Numbered from the stretch's first letter, positions 1 to 9,522 are shown. The stretch: 64,000 bases of DNA from an uncultured archaeon (GCA_963817525.1 CAWFOU010000001.1:608001-672000), one strand, 5' to 3'. The notes: generated by a model not told the origin, from the letters alone. Program-made: numbers and translations.

Positions 1-108
1 TACTTTACGATCTGCTATGACCAGTGGGACGAGTCCAATAACCACTGGGCTTTTGACGCGGCGAAGCTTCTGCCGCGCCTGGAAGCGTCACTCTTGAAGG
101 TAGGGTAA
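1..108 (+). CDS. 3' end of a gene entering the window (hypothetical)
   Basis: Open frame from base 1 (YFTICYDQWDESNNHWAFDAAKLLPRLEASLLKVG) ending in TAA at 106-108. Confidence 0.5.
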   Translation, partial: YFTICYDQWDESNNHWAFDAAKLLPRLEASLLKVG

Positions 109-122
109 CTACAGACTAGCGG

Positions 123-239
123 CTAGCCTACTCTTCCGGCAATCTCTAGGGCGCCCACGTGCATTCCGAACGCCGATAGGGCCACAGACGCGAGAGAGAC
201 AGCCGCGAGGCCGTACCTGACCTTCTGATCAATTTCCAT
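123..239 (-). CDS. 38-aa single-TM micropeptide (not in ORF track)
   Basis: Manual translation MEIDQKVRYGLAAVSLASVALSAFGMHVGALEIAGRVG*; TTTATAAA 24-31 bp upstream of the ATG. Confidence 0.7.
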   Translation of the reverse strand: MEIDQKVRYGLAAVSLASVALSAFGMHVGALEIAGRVG

Positions 240-260
240 GCCTCATGTGATAGTAATCTG

Positions 261-316
261 GATTTATAAATCTGCGCTTTGCATGATGAAACCGAGATTT
301 CGCCCATGCGAAATCT
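261..316. promoter_or_regulatory. TATA box in a palindrome plus upstream inverted-repeat operator
   Basis: GATTTATAAATC perfect palindrome at 261-272; AGATTTCGC-ccat-GCGAAATCT at 295-316. Confidence 0.6.
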
Positions 317-405
317 AAATCCCGCTTTGAAAGCCTGCTAGAGGAGGCACGGGCCTTCTCAGGAGGGCCTGTGCGGATTCTAACTACGAATGAGCGGCGG
401 AAGGC

Positions 406-1539
406 CTACTTCCTGCCGCTCGAGAAGCGCTTTACCAGCTCGTTCGCGACGATCAATGTCGAGGGGACGCCCAGCAGGAAGACGATGTCCAACGTGGGGA
501 CGACGTCGAGGAAGCTGCCCGTGCCAGACGTGAAGGGAATCCCATACAGGCCCTGGGCAAGGAACGAGAATACGCTCCCGACGTAGTTTATGGACCAGTG
601 GAGCAGGACGTCAGCAAGAAATCCGTATTTGATGTAGAGGTAGCCCAGGGCCAGCCCCGCGAGGGCGGCCTCGCTGATCTTCCCAGGCCCCCATCCCGCA
701 CCGGAGGCATAGTGGGCGTAGCCGAAGATGAAGGAGGAGATGAAGAGGAAGGCGTAGACCACAGGCCGGATGGCTCTCACCTTCAGAGAATCGGAGGAGG
801 ACTCTGGGAACAGGGACGGCGTGGCGTCCTTGAAAGAGTGCACCGTGATGATGACCCCTTCCTCCTCCTCGACGTCCCACACAGAGGACGGCCGCCAGAG
901 TGCTCTCGCCGCCTTCACGGGAGAGAAGTCCCTGAACATGATCAGCGATAGGACGAGGACGGGTATCCCTATCATTATGACCCTGAAGGTTGTCTCCTCC
1001 GTCAGGGGGGCGAGGGTGTAGTTCATCAGGAGAAAGAAGGGGTCGCCCGTCAGAGACCCCGTCGAGACGCCCGCGTCCGTCTGGAAGGTGTCCACTAGGA
1101 CGGTGACGAGGCTGGTCGCCCCCAGAAGGACCAGGGTGGCGGACAGACTGTTCGTGAAGAGGGCGCTGTATCCCTTCGAGATCGAGGAGCGGAGCGCCTT
1201 GAGGAGCCCCGCACCCTGGGACGCGGCCAGCAGGAGGAATCCAAAGTAGATCGCCGAGACGACGACAAAGAGCTCGCCGAAGTTCCCTGCCACGGGGACC
1301 TGGAGCGTCGCGAACTCAAAGTCGTAGTTTATCCCCAGGACGGGCGTCGAGGCCGTGTAGTTGTTGGAGAGGTGGGTCCCGAAGACGGTATAGAGCCCGG
1401 CAGGGAACGAGAGGAGCATCATCGCCACGGTGAAGATGATTACCGCGACGAAGAAGAAGAGCCAGTTGGTCTTGGGGGAGGAGAGGGCGCCGCTCGCCTC
1501 GGTCGGCGGCTGCTCGAGAGCTCTGGCCCTGGGAGACAA
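406..1539 (-). CDS. CPBP (Abi/CAAX type II) intramembrane metalloprotease
   Basis: APLTEETTFR, FGYAH and LHWSIN motifs; multi-TM; start moved to TTG 1539 to avoid overlapping the upstream gene. Confidence 0.85.
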   Translation of the reverse strand: MSPRARALEQPPTEASGALSSPKTNWLFFFVAVIIFTVAMMLLSFPAGLYTVFGTHLSNNYTASTPVLGINYDFEFATLQVPVAGNFGELFVVVSAIYFGFLLLAASQGAGLLKALRSSISKGYSALFTNSLSATLVLLGATSLVTVLVDTFQTDAGVSTGSLTGDPFFLLMNYTLAPLTEETTFRVIMIGIPVLVLSLIMFRDFSPVKAARALWRPSSVWDVEEEEGVIITVHSFKDATPSLFPESSSDSLKVRAIRPVVYAFLFISSFIFGYAHYASGAGWGPGKISEAALAGLALGYLYIKYGFLADVLLHWSINYVGSVFSFLAQGLYGIPFTSGTGSFLDVVPTLDIVFLLGVPSTLIVANELVKRFSSGRK

Positions 1540-1544
1540 GTCGG

Positions 1545-1775
1545 CTACGGGTCTCGGCTCTCGGTGCGCTGCTCTTCCTTCTTGGCGTTCGCCGCTTCGT
1601 CCTCGCTCCTCCGGTCCTCGAGGTAGACGTAGCCCTTGTACCCGCACTTTTTGCAGTAATAGTCCTGGGGGACCAGCCAGCCGCCGAGCTCGCTTCCCTT
1701 CTCCAGGGGCGAGAGGCAGTTGACGCAGTACTTTATGACCGGCTTGCTAGGGTTCCTCCTCACGAGGCGGGGCAT
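1545..1775 (-). CDS. zinc-ribbon small protein
   Basis: YCVNC...YYCKKCGYKG; ATG at 1775. Confidence 0.8.
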   Translation of the reverse strand: MPRLVRRNPSKPVIKYCVNCLSPLEKGSELGGWLVPQDYYCKKCGYKGYVYLEDRRSEDEAANAKKEEQRTESRDP

Positions 1776-1868
1776 CCCTTCGTCAGAATCCTCGGAGGAC
1801 GACAAGATCGTCTGGACAGCGACGGAGGCATGCCTAAAACCCTTTTCGCGCACCGGAGCAGCGACCCG

Positions 1869-2705
1869 TCACGGCGTGGGGATGTCAGCGATCTGGACCT
1901 GCACGAGGTAGCTGAATGCCTGCCCGTCGCTCAGGGTCCCCTTGAGAGTCATAGGGTACACCTGGTCCGCGGTGAAGTTGAGGCCGCTCACTATCTCGAC
2001 CGCCGACACGGCGACCCCTTGTTGGAGCGGCTTGAAGGCGGAGATTCCCTCGAACTCGAAGCTCTGGGTCCCCCCGTTGAGGGTGAGGACGGCCGCGAGG
2101 CTGGTCACCCCGTCAGGCCCAACAGGAGACGAGACGGTCAGGTTGAGCTCAGGCACCGCTGGTATGAGCGAACCGACGTCCGTCATCGCGAGGACGCGCA
2201 CCGGCTCATCCGGGATGCAAGGCCCACGCGGGTAGAACTCTTCCGGTAGGGCCGAGGAGTTGAACACCCGCAGGCTGCCCCCTGCCTGCCCGCTCACCAC
2301 GGTGTATTGGACCACTGACTGCGGCACCTCCAGCGGCGAGACCCCGCACGGGTAGACCAGCGTCCCGTTGTAGTAGGCGAAGGACAGGACGGCCGCCCCC
2401 GCCGCCTCGGTCGTGTTCTCCCCGAGGTAGTTGTAGCAGTGCCCGTCGCTGAGGCTGGTGAAGGCCGCCTGCTGCTCGACCTGTTGGGCGGCCTGGGGCA
2501 TCGAAGGGTCGTCGCACGAGACGCCCGTCGCGGAGACGGTCGTGATCAGTCCGGGCTGGCCACCCGAGGCGGACGCGTTGCTCTCGACGAAGAAAAGCGC
2601 GACCCCAACAAGCAGCGCAACTACGAGCACGACTGCGAGGATCCGCGCTCTGAGCCCCCGGCTCTCCGCGGACTTGTTGCTCCTCTTCGAGGATTTTCCC
2701 TCCAT
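1869..2705 (-). CDS. membrane-anchored extracellular hypothetical protein
   Basis: Basic N-terminus, one TM helix, Cys-containing beta-rich ectodomain with N-x-S/T sequons. Confidence 0.75.
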   Translation of the reverse strand: MEGKSSKRSNKSAESRGLRARILAVVLVVALLVGVALFFVESNASASGGQPGLITTVSATGVSCDDPSMPQAAQQVEQQAAFTSLSDGHCYNYLGENTTEAAGAAVLSFAYYNGTLVYPCGVSPLEVPQSVVQYTVVSGQAGGSLRVFNSSALPEEFYPRGPCIPDEPVRVLAMTDVGSLIPAVPELNLTVSSPVGPDGVTSLAAVLTLNGGTQSFEFEGISAFKPLQQGVAVSAVEIVSGLNFTADQVYPMTLKGTLSDGQAFSYLVQVQIADIPTP

Positions 2706-2801
2706 TGGCCCAGACCAGGGCAAGAAGGTCACGACGGTCTGGAGTCGGGAGGTAGCCCTTTTTAGGGGAGAGGCTCTCTCGGCAGAGAAAGGTTCGCGTA
2801 C

Positions 2802-2930
2802 ATGGCCTCTGAGACGGGGGAGCGCTGCTACTGCGGCACGATGATGACGGAGATCAACGCGTGTCGCTATCGTTGCCCCAATTGTGGTGCCCTCCTCGAC
2901 TGCGAGGACGTGTCCGGGCTCCCAAAGTGA
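2802..2930 (+). CDS. 42-aa CPxCG zinc-finger microprotein (HVO_2523-like; not in ORF track)
   Basis: MASETGERCYCGTMMTEINACRYRCPNCGALLDCEDVSGLPK*. Confidence 0.8.
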   Translation: MASETGERCYCGTMMTEINACRYRCPNCGALLDCEDVSGLPK

Positions 2931-3005
2931 GAGCGGCAGAGCGCCCGCGAAGATTTCCAGGCGTGCCCTTATAGCGGGCGCCCGACGGAGGCCCAGTAGC
3001 CAAGA

Positions 3006-4028
3006 ATGAAAGCCGCGCTGGTCGGGCCTATGGGAGGGGTCAAGGTGGAGGACGTCCCCGAGCCATCGCCCGCGGAAGGAGAGGTCCTCGTGAAGCTAAA
3101 GTGCTGCGGGGTGTGCGGCACGGACCTCGAGAAGGTCCAGGGGGTGGGGATCACGACCAAGATCCTCGGCCACGAGGCGGTGGGCGAGGTCGAGGAAGTG
3201 GGCGGGGGAGTCAAAGGGGTCTCGAAGGGGATGCGCGTCTTCGCCCACCACCACGTGCCGTGCCTGTCGTGCGACATCTGCAGGAGAGGGAAGACGACGT
3301 ACTGCCCGGAGTTCGCGAAGCACAACCTCGTCCCCTGCGGCCTCGCAGAGCGCTTCGTCGTCCCGAAGTTCAACGTCGATAGGGGGGCTGTGATCGAGCT
3401 GCCAGAAGGGCTGGGCTATGAGGAAGCGAGCTTCATCGAGCCCCTCTCCTGCTGCATGCTAGGGCTGGAGAACGCGCGGGGTGCCGGGGTTCGCAGCGCC
3501 GCGATCTACGGGGCGGGTCCGGTCGGGCTGATGATGTACAAGCTGCTGCGGCACGCGGGCGTCCAGAACGTGGCGGTCGGGGACGTGAGCGAGTACAGGA
3601 ACTCGTTCTCGCGGAAGGCGGGCTGCGAGCTGGTGTTCGACCCCTCGAACAAGCAGGAGAAGGAGAGGGTGCTCCGCGGCTCGATGCCTGGCGGGCCGGA
3701 GCTGATAGTGGTCGCCACGGCTAGCGTGGCGGCCCTGGAGGACGCCACGAGGATGGCGGCGAGGGGCGGCACGGTCCTGCTCTTCGGGGCTCCCAAGAGG
3801 GGGGCGACGGGGACCATCGACCTGGCCCAGCTCTTCCTCAACGGGACGTGGCTCGTCACAAGCTACGCGTCGAGCGAGAGGGAGACGCAGGCCGCGACGA
3901 GGCTGCTCTCTGAGAAGGCGATCTCCGTCAAGGACCTTGTCACCCACCGGTTCCCGCTCTCCCAGGCCGAGCAGGCGTTCGCCGCGGCGGGGCAGCAGCA
4001 GTGCATGAAGGCCCTGATAACGGACTGA
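3006..4028 (+). CDS. Zn-dependent alcohol/polyol dehydrogenase (MDR family)
   Basis: CGVCGTD, GHE, structural-Zn CxxCxxC..C and GAGPVG motifs. Confidence 0.93.
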   Translation: MKAALVGPMGGVKVEDVPEPSPAEGEVLVKLKCCGVCGTDLEKVQGVGITTKILGHEAVGEVEEVGGGVKGVSKGMRVFAHHHVPCLSCDICRRGKTTYCPEFAKHNLVPCGLAERFVVPKFNVDRGAVIELPEGLGYEEASFIEPLSCCMLGLENARGAGVRSAAIYGAGPVGLMMYKLLRHAGVQNVAVGDVSEYRNSFSRKAGCELVFDPSNKQEKERVLRGSMPGGPELIVVATASVAALEDATRMAARGGTVLLFGAPKRGATGTIDLAQLFLNGTWLVTSYASSERETQAATRLLSEKAISVKDLVTHRFPLSQAEQAFAAAGQQQCMKALITD

Positions 4029-4033
4029 TCGAG

Positions 4034-5089
4034 ATGAGCAGGAGACCGGACGCGTCGAGAGCGAGGGCGAGCACGCCAGCCACCCGCGCACAGACCGACC
4101 CCAACACGCAGTCCATCCTGATGGTCCTCAGGACGTTCCCCTCGAACGAGGTGGCCATCGTCGGGTGCCACACGGCTCGGATGAGCAGGAAGAGCTGCGA
4201 GTACGACCTCCTAGTGGTCAGTCCCGACTCGACGCCCCCGAAGTACGTGCGCGTCGGGGAGTTCTACGCGAAGGTCATCTTCAGGTCGGAGAGGGAGCTC
4301 AGGGACCCCGGGCCGGAACTCGGGGCGTCCCTCGCGAGGGCGACGGTCCTCAGGGACGGCTCCCTCTTCCTCGCGAGCACGATCGCTAGCTGCAGGCGGA
4401 AGTTCAAGGATAACTGCGGCAAGGCTGCGGAATCCCACCTCGCCGCCGCGCTAAAGGCCCTCGGGCGCGTGGACGAGAAGGTGGGCGAGAACCTCCCGGA
4501 GGCTGATTTTTGGCTGACCTCCGCGGCCGTGGACCTGTGCCTCTCGGAGATATTCTCCAGCCTCCAGGTCCCGTCCCCGAGCCACCTCTTCGCCCAGATG
4601 AAAGGGCTCTCCAGGAGAAAGTCGGCGATCTTCAAGGAGTGGACCGAGGCGTCCGGGTTCAAGCTCGCCTCAAGGTCGTCTTGCGAGAACCGGCTCGAGG
4701 CGCTGGCCGTGCTGTATGACGTCCTTCGCACAACCGCGATGGACATGCCTATGTCGTTGAAGTTCGGCAGGTACAGGTCGGAGGATGCGGCCGCGATAGT
4801 CCGCGGCAAGGCCCTGGAGCTCCTGGATGCCAGGGAGACCGTGGAGTGTTACTCCTACCTCAGCTACGAGATAGTCAGGACCCTCGTAGACCTGCATGCT
4901 ATGCACTCCTATTCGGTCGAGAAGGAGCTTGACTACTCCGACGTCACGGGCGACCTCACATCGGGGGCGGACAGGCTGATATCCGAGGAGCTCCTAAGGT
5001 CGCTGGGCATCGTCAGGCAGCCGGAGCTGGTGAAGGCGGGGGCCGACTGCCTGCGGTCGGCGGTCTCCGCCCTGGCTTCAAGGATCTGA
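4034..5089 (+). CDS. hypothetical protein with degenerate nucleotidyltransferase-like N-terminus
   Basis: IVGC-x9-CEYDLLVV resembles Pol-beta GS..DxD; helical C-terminus; operonic spacing. Confidence 0.7.
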   Translation: MSRRPDASRARASTPATRAQTDPNTQSILMVLRTFPSNEVAIVGCHTARMSRKSCEYDLLVVSPDSTPPKYVRVGEFYAKVIFRSERELRDPGPELGASLARATVLRDGSLFLASTIASCRRKFKDNCGKAAESHLAAALKALGRVDEKVGENLPEADFWLTSAAVDLCLSEIFSSLQVPSPSHLFAQMKGLSRRKSAIFKEWTEASGFKLASRSSCENRLEALAVLYDVLRTTAMDMPMSLKFGRYRSEDAAAIVRGKALELLDARETVECYSYLSYEIVRTLVDLHAMHSYSVEKELDYSDVTGDLTSGADRLISEELLRSLGIVRQPELVKAGADCLRSAVSALASRI

Positions 5090-5101
5090 GGTGGCCCAGC
5101 C

Positions 5102-6046
5102 TTGTGCCGCGTCTGCGTGGTGAAGGGCGACGAGCTCCTGCGATACTCGTTCCCAGCACCACACCCCTTCAATTCGGCGAGGGCGGTCAGGTTCTGGGAG
5201 GCGTTGGGGAAGATGGAGCTGGGCGAGATAGACGTGGCGCCTGAGATGGCCGACGAGGAGACGGTGGAGCTCTTCCACGAGAAGCGCCACTTTGAGTTCG
5301 TCCGTCAGGCCTCCGCCCTGGGCAAGGGGTACATCGACGACGGGGACACGCCGGCGTTCAAGGGCGTCCTCGAGGCCGCGCAGTTCGCGGTCGGCTCCAC
5401 CGTCGCTTGCGTCGAGATGGTGATGTCGGGAGAGGTGGACCACGGGTTCAACCCGGTCGGGGGGCTCCACCACGCTCGGCGCGACCTCACCGCGGGGTTC
5501 TGCGTCTTCAACGACATCGGCGTCGCCATCGAGCTGCTGCGGAAGAAGGGGCTCGCGAGGGTGCTCTACGTGGACATCGATGTCCATCACGGCGACGGGG
5601 TCTTCTATCCTTACGAGTTCGACAGCGGAGTTTTCATATTTGACGTGCATGAAAGCGGTCGTTTTCTGTACCCGGGGACGGGCTCCGAGGGGGAGACGGG
5701 GGAGGGTCGGGCCGAAGGCACGAAGGTGAACATCCCGCTTTTCCCGGGAGAAGGTGACGAGCGAATCAAGGACATCGTTCCGCGCCTAGAAGAGTTTGCT
5801 AGACGCGTCAGGCCTGAGTTCATAATCTTGCAGTGCGGCGCGGATTGTCTCGCTGGCGACCCGTTGGGGGGCCTGGCGTTCTCCGAGTCGTTCCACTCGA
5901 GGGTGGCGGAGAGGCTACATGAAATCGCCCACGAGGTCTGCAAGGGGAGGATAGTAGGCCTCGGAGGAGGAGGCTACGACCCGAACAACTGCGCCAGGGC
6001 CTGGACGTCAGTGGTGAGGAGTCTTGTGGGCGGCTCGGACAACTGA
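5102..6046 (+). CDS. histone deacetylase family / AcuC-like protein
   Basis: GGLHHA, GFCVFND, DIDVHHGDG, GAD and GGGGY motifs. Confidence 0.93.
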   Translation: MCRVCVVKGDELLRYSFPAPHPFNSARAVRFWEALGKMELGEIDVAPEMADEETVELFHEKRHFEFVRQASALGKGYIDDGDTPAFKGVLEAAQFAVGSTVACVEMVMSGEVDHGFNPVGGLHHARRDLTAGFCVFNDIGVAIELLRKKGLARVLYVDIDVHHGDGVFYPYEFDSGVFIFDVHESGRFLYPGTGSEGETGEGRAEGTKVNIPLFPGEGDERIKDIVPRLEEFARRVRPEFIILQCGADCLAGDPLGGLAFSESFHSRVAERLHEIAHEVCKGRIVGLGGGGYDPNNCARAWTSVVRSLVGGSDN

Positions 6047-6190
6047 ATTTGCAAGCGTGCAAACCTGCAAACCGGATTTGGGCAAAAATCCCATAATTTA
6101 CAAATATCTTAACATTATCTCCAATATTCTACCATTCTAATGTCTATGTTTAAGAATTAGTGTCACCTGCAATCGTTTGCTGAAATAGGC

Positions 6191-6379
6191 TTGGCGAACG
6201 AGATGTACCCCGAGTCGAAGCAGAGCAAGACCGCTAATTGCAGCTTTTGCGGAAAGGCTCTGGGAAAGGAGTACTTTTTCACGTGCCACGTCTGCGGCGC
6301 GAAATATTGTTACATCCACATGTATCGCCATGGAAGGGCGCACAGGATGCAGGCCGCTCAGCCGCTCGTCACCCCGTAG
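6191..6379 (+). CDS. AN1-like zinc-finger small protein
   Basis: CSFC..FTCHVCGAKYCYIH..H...H; start at 6191 or 6203. Confidence 0.75.
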   Translation: MANEMYPESKQSKTANCSFCGKALGKEYFFTCHVCGAKYCYIHMYRHGRAHRMQAAQPLVTP

Positions 6380-6398
6380 AATCAGGAACCGCGCGTTT

Positions 6399-6887
6399 TC
6401 AATCGCTGGTTTTCGCTTCGGTCTTCATGACCTTCGCTGCTTGTTGCACCGACTTCACGATGTTCTGGTAGCCGGTGCACCTGCACAGGTTTCCCGAGAT
6501 CCCCAGACGGATCTCCTGCTCCGTCGGGTCCAGATTTTCCTTTAGCAGCCAGGCCGCCTGCATCACCATCCCCGGCGTGCAGTAGCCGCACTGGAGCCCG
6601 TGGTTGTCCCAGAACGCCTTTTGAATCGGGTGGAGGTCTCCGGACGCTGACTGCATCCCCTCGATCGTCGTTATCTCCCGCCCATCTGCCTGGACGGCGA
6701 ACATCGTGCAGGACTTTGCGGACTTGCCGTCGACGAGGATCGTGCAGGCCCCGCAGTTCGTGGTATCGCAGCCGACGTGCGTCCCCGTGAGCCCCAGCGA
6801 CTCGCGGAGGAAGTGGACGAGGAGGAGCCTTGGCTCGACGTCCTTGGCGTAGTCGGTCCCGTTGACCTTGGCCTTGATGCCCGTCAA
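6399..6887 (-). CDS. coxS: molybdo-flavoenzyme (CO dehydrogenase/xanthine oxidase family) 2Fe-2S subunit
   Basis: [19 protein letters not shown] and NLCRCTGY. Confidence 0.93.
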   Translation of the reverse strand: MTGIKAKVNGTDYAKDVEPRLLLVHFLRESLGLTGTHVGCDTTNCGACTILVDGKSAKSCTMFAVQADGREITTIEGMQSASGDLHPIQKAFWDNHGLQCGYCTPGMVMQAAWLLKENLDPTEQEIRLGISGNLCRCTGYQNIVKSVQQAAKVMKTEAKTSD

Positions 6888-7789
6888 GCACCCCGCCCTC
6901 CTCGGCGCTTGGCCCTGGAGGCGGCTAGAGCGAGGGCCCGTCGGGTGAAGAGGCCCGCCATCTCTCGCTTGTACTTCGCAGAGCCCCGGAGGGGGTCGTC
7001 CGTCGGGGAGCTCTCCTTCGCGGCCGCCGAGGCCGCCTCGAGGATGCTCTCTTCGGTGAGCTTACGGCCCACGAGGCGCTCCTCCGCCTGTGCTGCGCGG
7101 AGGTTCTTCGGCCCGAGCGCCGCGAGCCCGATCCCCGCGTAGGTGCAGTAGCTCCCGTCCCTCCTCTCCTCGACCGTCACTTGCGCCGCCACTCCCACGG
7201 TCGCGAAGTCTCCGGCCTTCCTCTCAAGCTTCAGATATGCCCCGCCGCTGCCCAGCCGGGGGATCGGGACGGAGACCCTGGTGATCAGATCGTCGTCCTT
7301 GAGGGCCGTCGTGAAGGTGTCGAGCAGAAAGTCGTCGATGCGGAGGCTCCTCTCGCCCGTCGGGCCTAGGACGCGCACCTCTCCCCGCAGGGCGAGCATC
7401 GTCGCCCCTAAGTCCCCGCTCGGGTCTGAATGGGCCAGCGCGCCCCCGAGCGTGCCGAAGTTCCTGACCTGCGGGTCCCCTATGCACGCGGCCGCTTCCG
7501 CGAGGAGCGGGACCCTGTCCTTGACCAAAGGGGAAGACTCTAGCGAGTGGTGCCTGGTCAGCGAGCCGATCAGCAGGGCTCCGCGGTCCTCGCTCTCCTC
7601 GACGTACTCCAGGCCCTGCACCCTGTTGATGTCCACGAGGTAGGTCGGGGAGGCTAGCCTGAGTTTCATGAGCGGGATTAGGCTCATCCCTCCTGCGAGT
7701 ATCTTCGCTTCTCCAGGGTGCTCCTTTAGGAACGAAGTGGCCTCGTCGACCGTGCTGGGGGCAAAGTACTGGAAGCTCCGAGGTAGCAT
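6884..7789 (-). CDS. coxM: molybdo-flavoenzyme FAD-binding medium subunit
   Basis: [22 protein letters not shown] and RGSAKYKR. Confidence 0.93.
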   Translation of the reverse strand: MLPRSFQYFAPSTVDEATSFLKEHPGEAKILAGGMSLIPLMKLRLASPTYLVDINRVQGLEYVEESEDRGALLIGSLTRHHSLESSPLVKDRVPLLAEAAACIGDPQVRNFGTLGGALAHSDPSGDLGATMLALRGEVRVLGPTGERSLRIDDFLLDTFTTALKDDDLITRVSVPIPRLGSGGAYLKLERKAGDFATVGVAAQVTVEERRDGSYCTYAGIGLAALGPKNLRAAQAEERLVGRKLTEESILEAASAAAKESSPTDDPLRGSAKYKREMAGLFTRRALALAASRAKRRGGRGA

Positions 7790-7843
7790 CGCGCTGAACG
7801 ACTCCGGGACCGGCGACCTGAATAAACGCTTCTGCGCTCGCGG

Positions 7844-8722
7844 TCAGTCGGTCCGCGAGGCGGGACCCCGCTGGCCCCCCAGGACTTTGCCTAGGAAGAC
7901 GGCATGGGGGAGGTGCTTGCCCCTTTTCGCGGCTATCACGTCCGCCATGATGCTGACCACGACCTCCTCTGGCGTGACCGCCCCGATGTCGAGCCCCACC
8001 GGAGAGTGCAACGACTCTATGAACTCGGGTGCGACCCCCCTGCGCTTGAGCTCCTCGACGTCGTCCCTTACGCGCTGGAGGCTGGCCATCAGCCCGACGA
8101 ACCTCACCTTCTTCTTCGCGAGGGCCTCGAGGGCGGGGACGTCCCTCTCGCCTTTCGTCAGGACGACCACCGAGTCGGACTCGGCGAACCTGAACTGGTC
8201 GAGGTCGTAGTCGAGGTCGGTTATCAGGAGGTCCGGGTCTTCCGTCAGGACGGGAAGATGGTCTATGACCACGGTCTCGAAGCCAAGGGTCTTCCCCATC
8301 CTTACCAGCCCGTCCTCGACGTCGTCCTTCCCTCCTTGCCCGATGAGGATGAGCCTGTTCGCGGGAAGGTAGGGCTCCACGTAGATCTCCATTATCCCCC
8401 CGCAGTTCGTCTCCACATAAACCTCGTCCGGGTTGGTGTTCTTGAGCGTCCCGTCGACCGCCGACCGCGCGTCCTCGAGGTGGACGGTCACGACCTTCGC
8501 CTGCCCCGTCCTCAGCGCATCCTGCGCCATGCTAGCGACCGCTGACTCTGGGCAGACCCCTCCTATCGTCCCGAAGATTATCCTCCCCTCGCGGGAGACG
8601 ACCGCCTTGAAGCCAGGCTTGCCAAGCGACGAGCCTCGGATTCGCACCACGGTCGCCACCACGAATGGCTCCCCCCTCTGGGCGAGCTGGTCGACGAACC
8701 TCGTGAAGTCGCGCTGCTTCAA
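7844..8722 (-). CDS. xdhC: XdhC/CoxI family molybdenum cofactor chaperone
   Basis: ATVV..GS, GTIGGVCPE, CGG and PVGLDIGA.TPEE; likely start TTG 8722. Confidence 0.88.
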   Translation of the reverse strand: MKQRDFTRFVDQLAQRGEPFVVATVVRIRGSSLGKPGFKAVVSREGRIIFGTIGGVCPESAVASMAQDALRTGQAKVVTVHLEDARSAVDGTLKNTNPDEVYVETNCGGIMEIYVEPYLPANRLILIGQGGKDDVEDGLVRMGKTLGFETVVIDHLPVLTEDPDLLITDLDYDLDQFRFAESDSVVVLTKGERDVPALEALAKKKVRFVGLMASLQRVRDDVEELKRRGVAPEFIESLHSPVGLDIGAVTPEEVVVSIMADVIAAKRGKHLPHAVFLGKVLGGQRGPASRTD

Positions 8723-8873
8723 TTCAAACGGCTTTCCAGGCGTTTCCCTATTTATCGGTTGTTCATTGGCCCGGCAGGCGCAGCGAAAAAATCTGGACGG
8801 CCGCGGCTCCCATCGAGGCGACGGAGGGCGACTAGAACAATCTTCCATGTAGGCTTAAGAAAAGCAAGCTATA

Positions 8874-9158
8874 TTGAGCGTAGGGCCTCCTGACTTGGAC
8901 GAGCAAAGCAAGATATCTGTGGTGGAGGACGTGGAACTACCGGACACCCAGTATCAGTATATCGTCAACGTCAGAGCGGTCGAAACCTTTGCAAACATGA
9001 TGTCAAGACTAGGAATCAACATCACTTATACGTCAAAGAACCTTAGCTTTACGGCACCTCGCCTGCTGAACATGAAAGCCATGAAAGAGAGAGGCATCAT
9101 CTTTTCGTACAGCATAATTAGAGTGCGAACCGTCGAAGATGTCATCGAAGAAGGTTAA
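8874..9158 (+). CDS. hypothetical protein (AT-richer)
   Basis: 94-aa ORF filling an intergenic gap, CTTAAGAAAA upstream. Confidence 0.6.
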   Translation: MSVGPPDLDEQSKISVVEDVELPDTQYQYIVNVRAVETFANMMSRLGINITYTSKNLSFTAPRLLNMKAMKERGIIFSYSIIRVRTVEDVIEEG

Positions 9159-9318
9159 ACGCATCTTCCGACCTTCTCCAGGCCAAGGCCTGAAAGGATC
9201 ATCTCCCTGAGACGCACCAGAGCAAAGGCCGCGGCTTTGTAAAATTCGCGCAATGACGTCCTTCCTGCCTCGTCTCGGACGGTCTGCCCGCAGAACGGGC
9301 ATCTCCTCAAAAGGGACA

Positions 9319-9522
9319 TCAGGGCGTCAAGGAATCCTCTGCTATCCAGCCGTGCTCCCGCTGTAGATGCTCTCGCCAGAGAGCCGAATCATCCGGCCCT
9401 AGGCCTCCCTCAGAGTAGAGCGAGCCTAGCAACTGGCAGAACGAGCAGACCTTGAGGTGGACCTCGGCGGGCTTGGCGCTGCTCTTCAAAATGAACTCTT
9501 TGCCTCTGGCTTCGGACGCCAT
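9319..9522 (-). CDS. small C2H2-like zinc-binding protein
   Basis: CSFC...HLQREHG. Confidence 0.6.
   Translation of the reverse strand: MASEARGKEFILKSSAKPAEVHLKVCSFCQLLGSLYSEGGLGPDDSALWREHLQREHGWIAEDSLTP

Noticed and set aside
6399-7789. Bona fide aerobic CO dehydrogenase
   Set aside because: It cannot be claimed without the large subunit and its active-site motif
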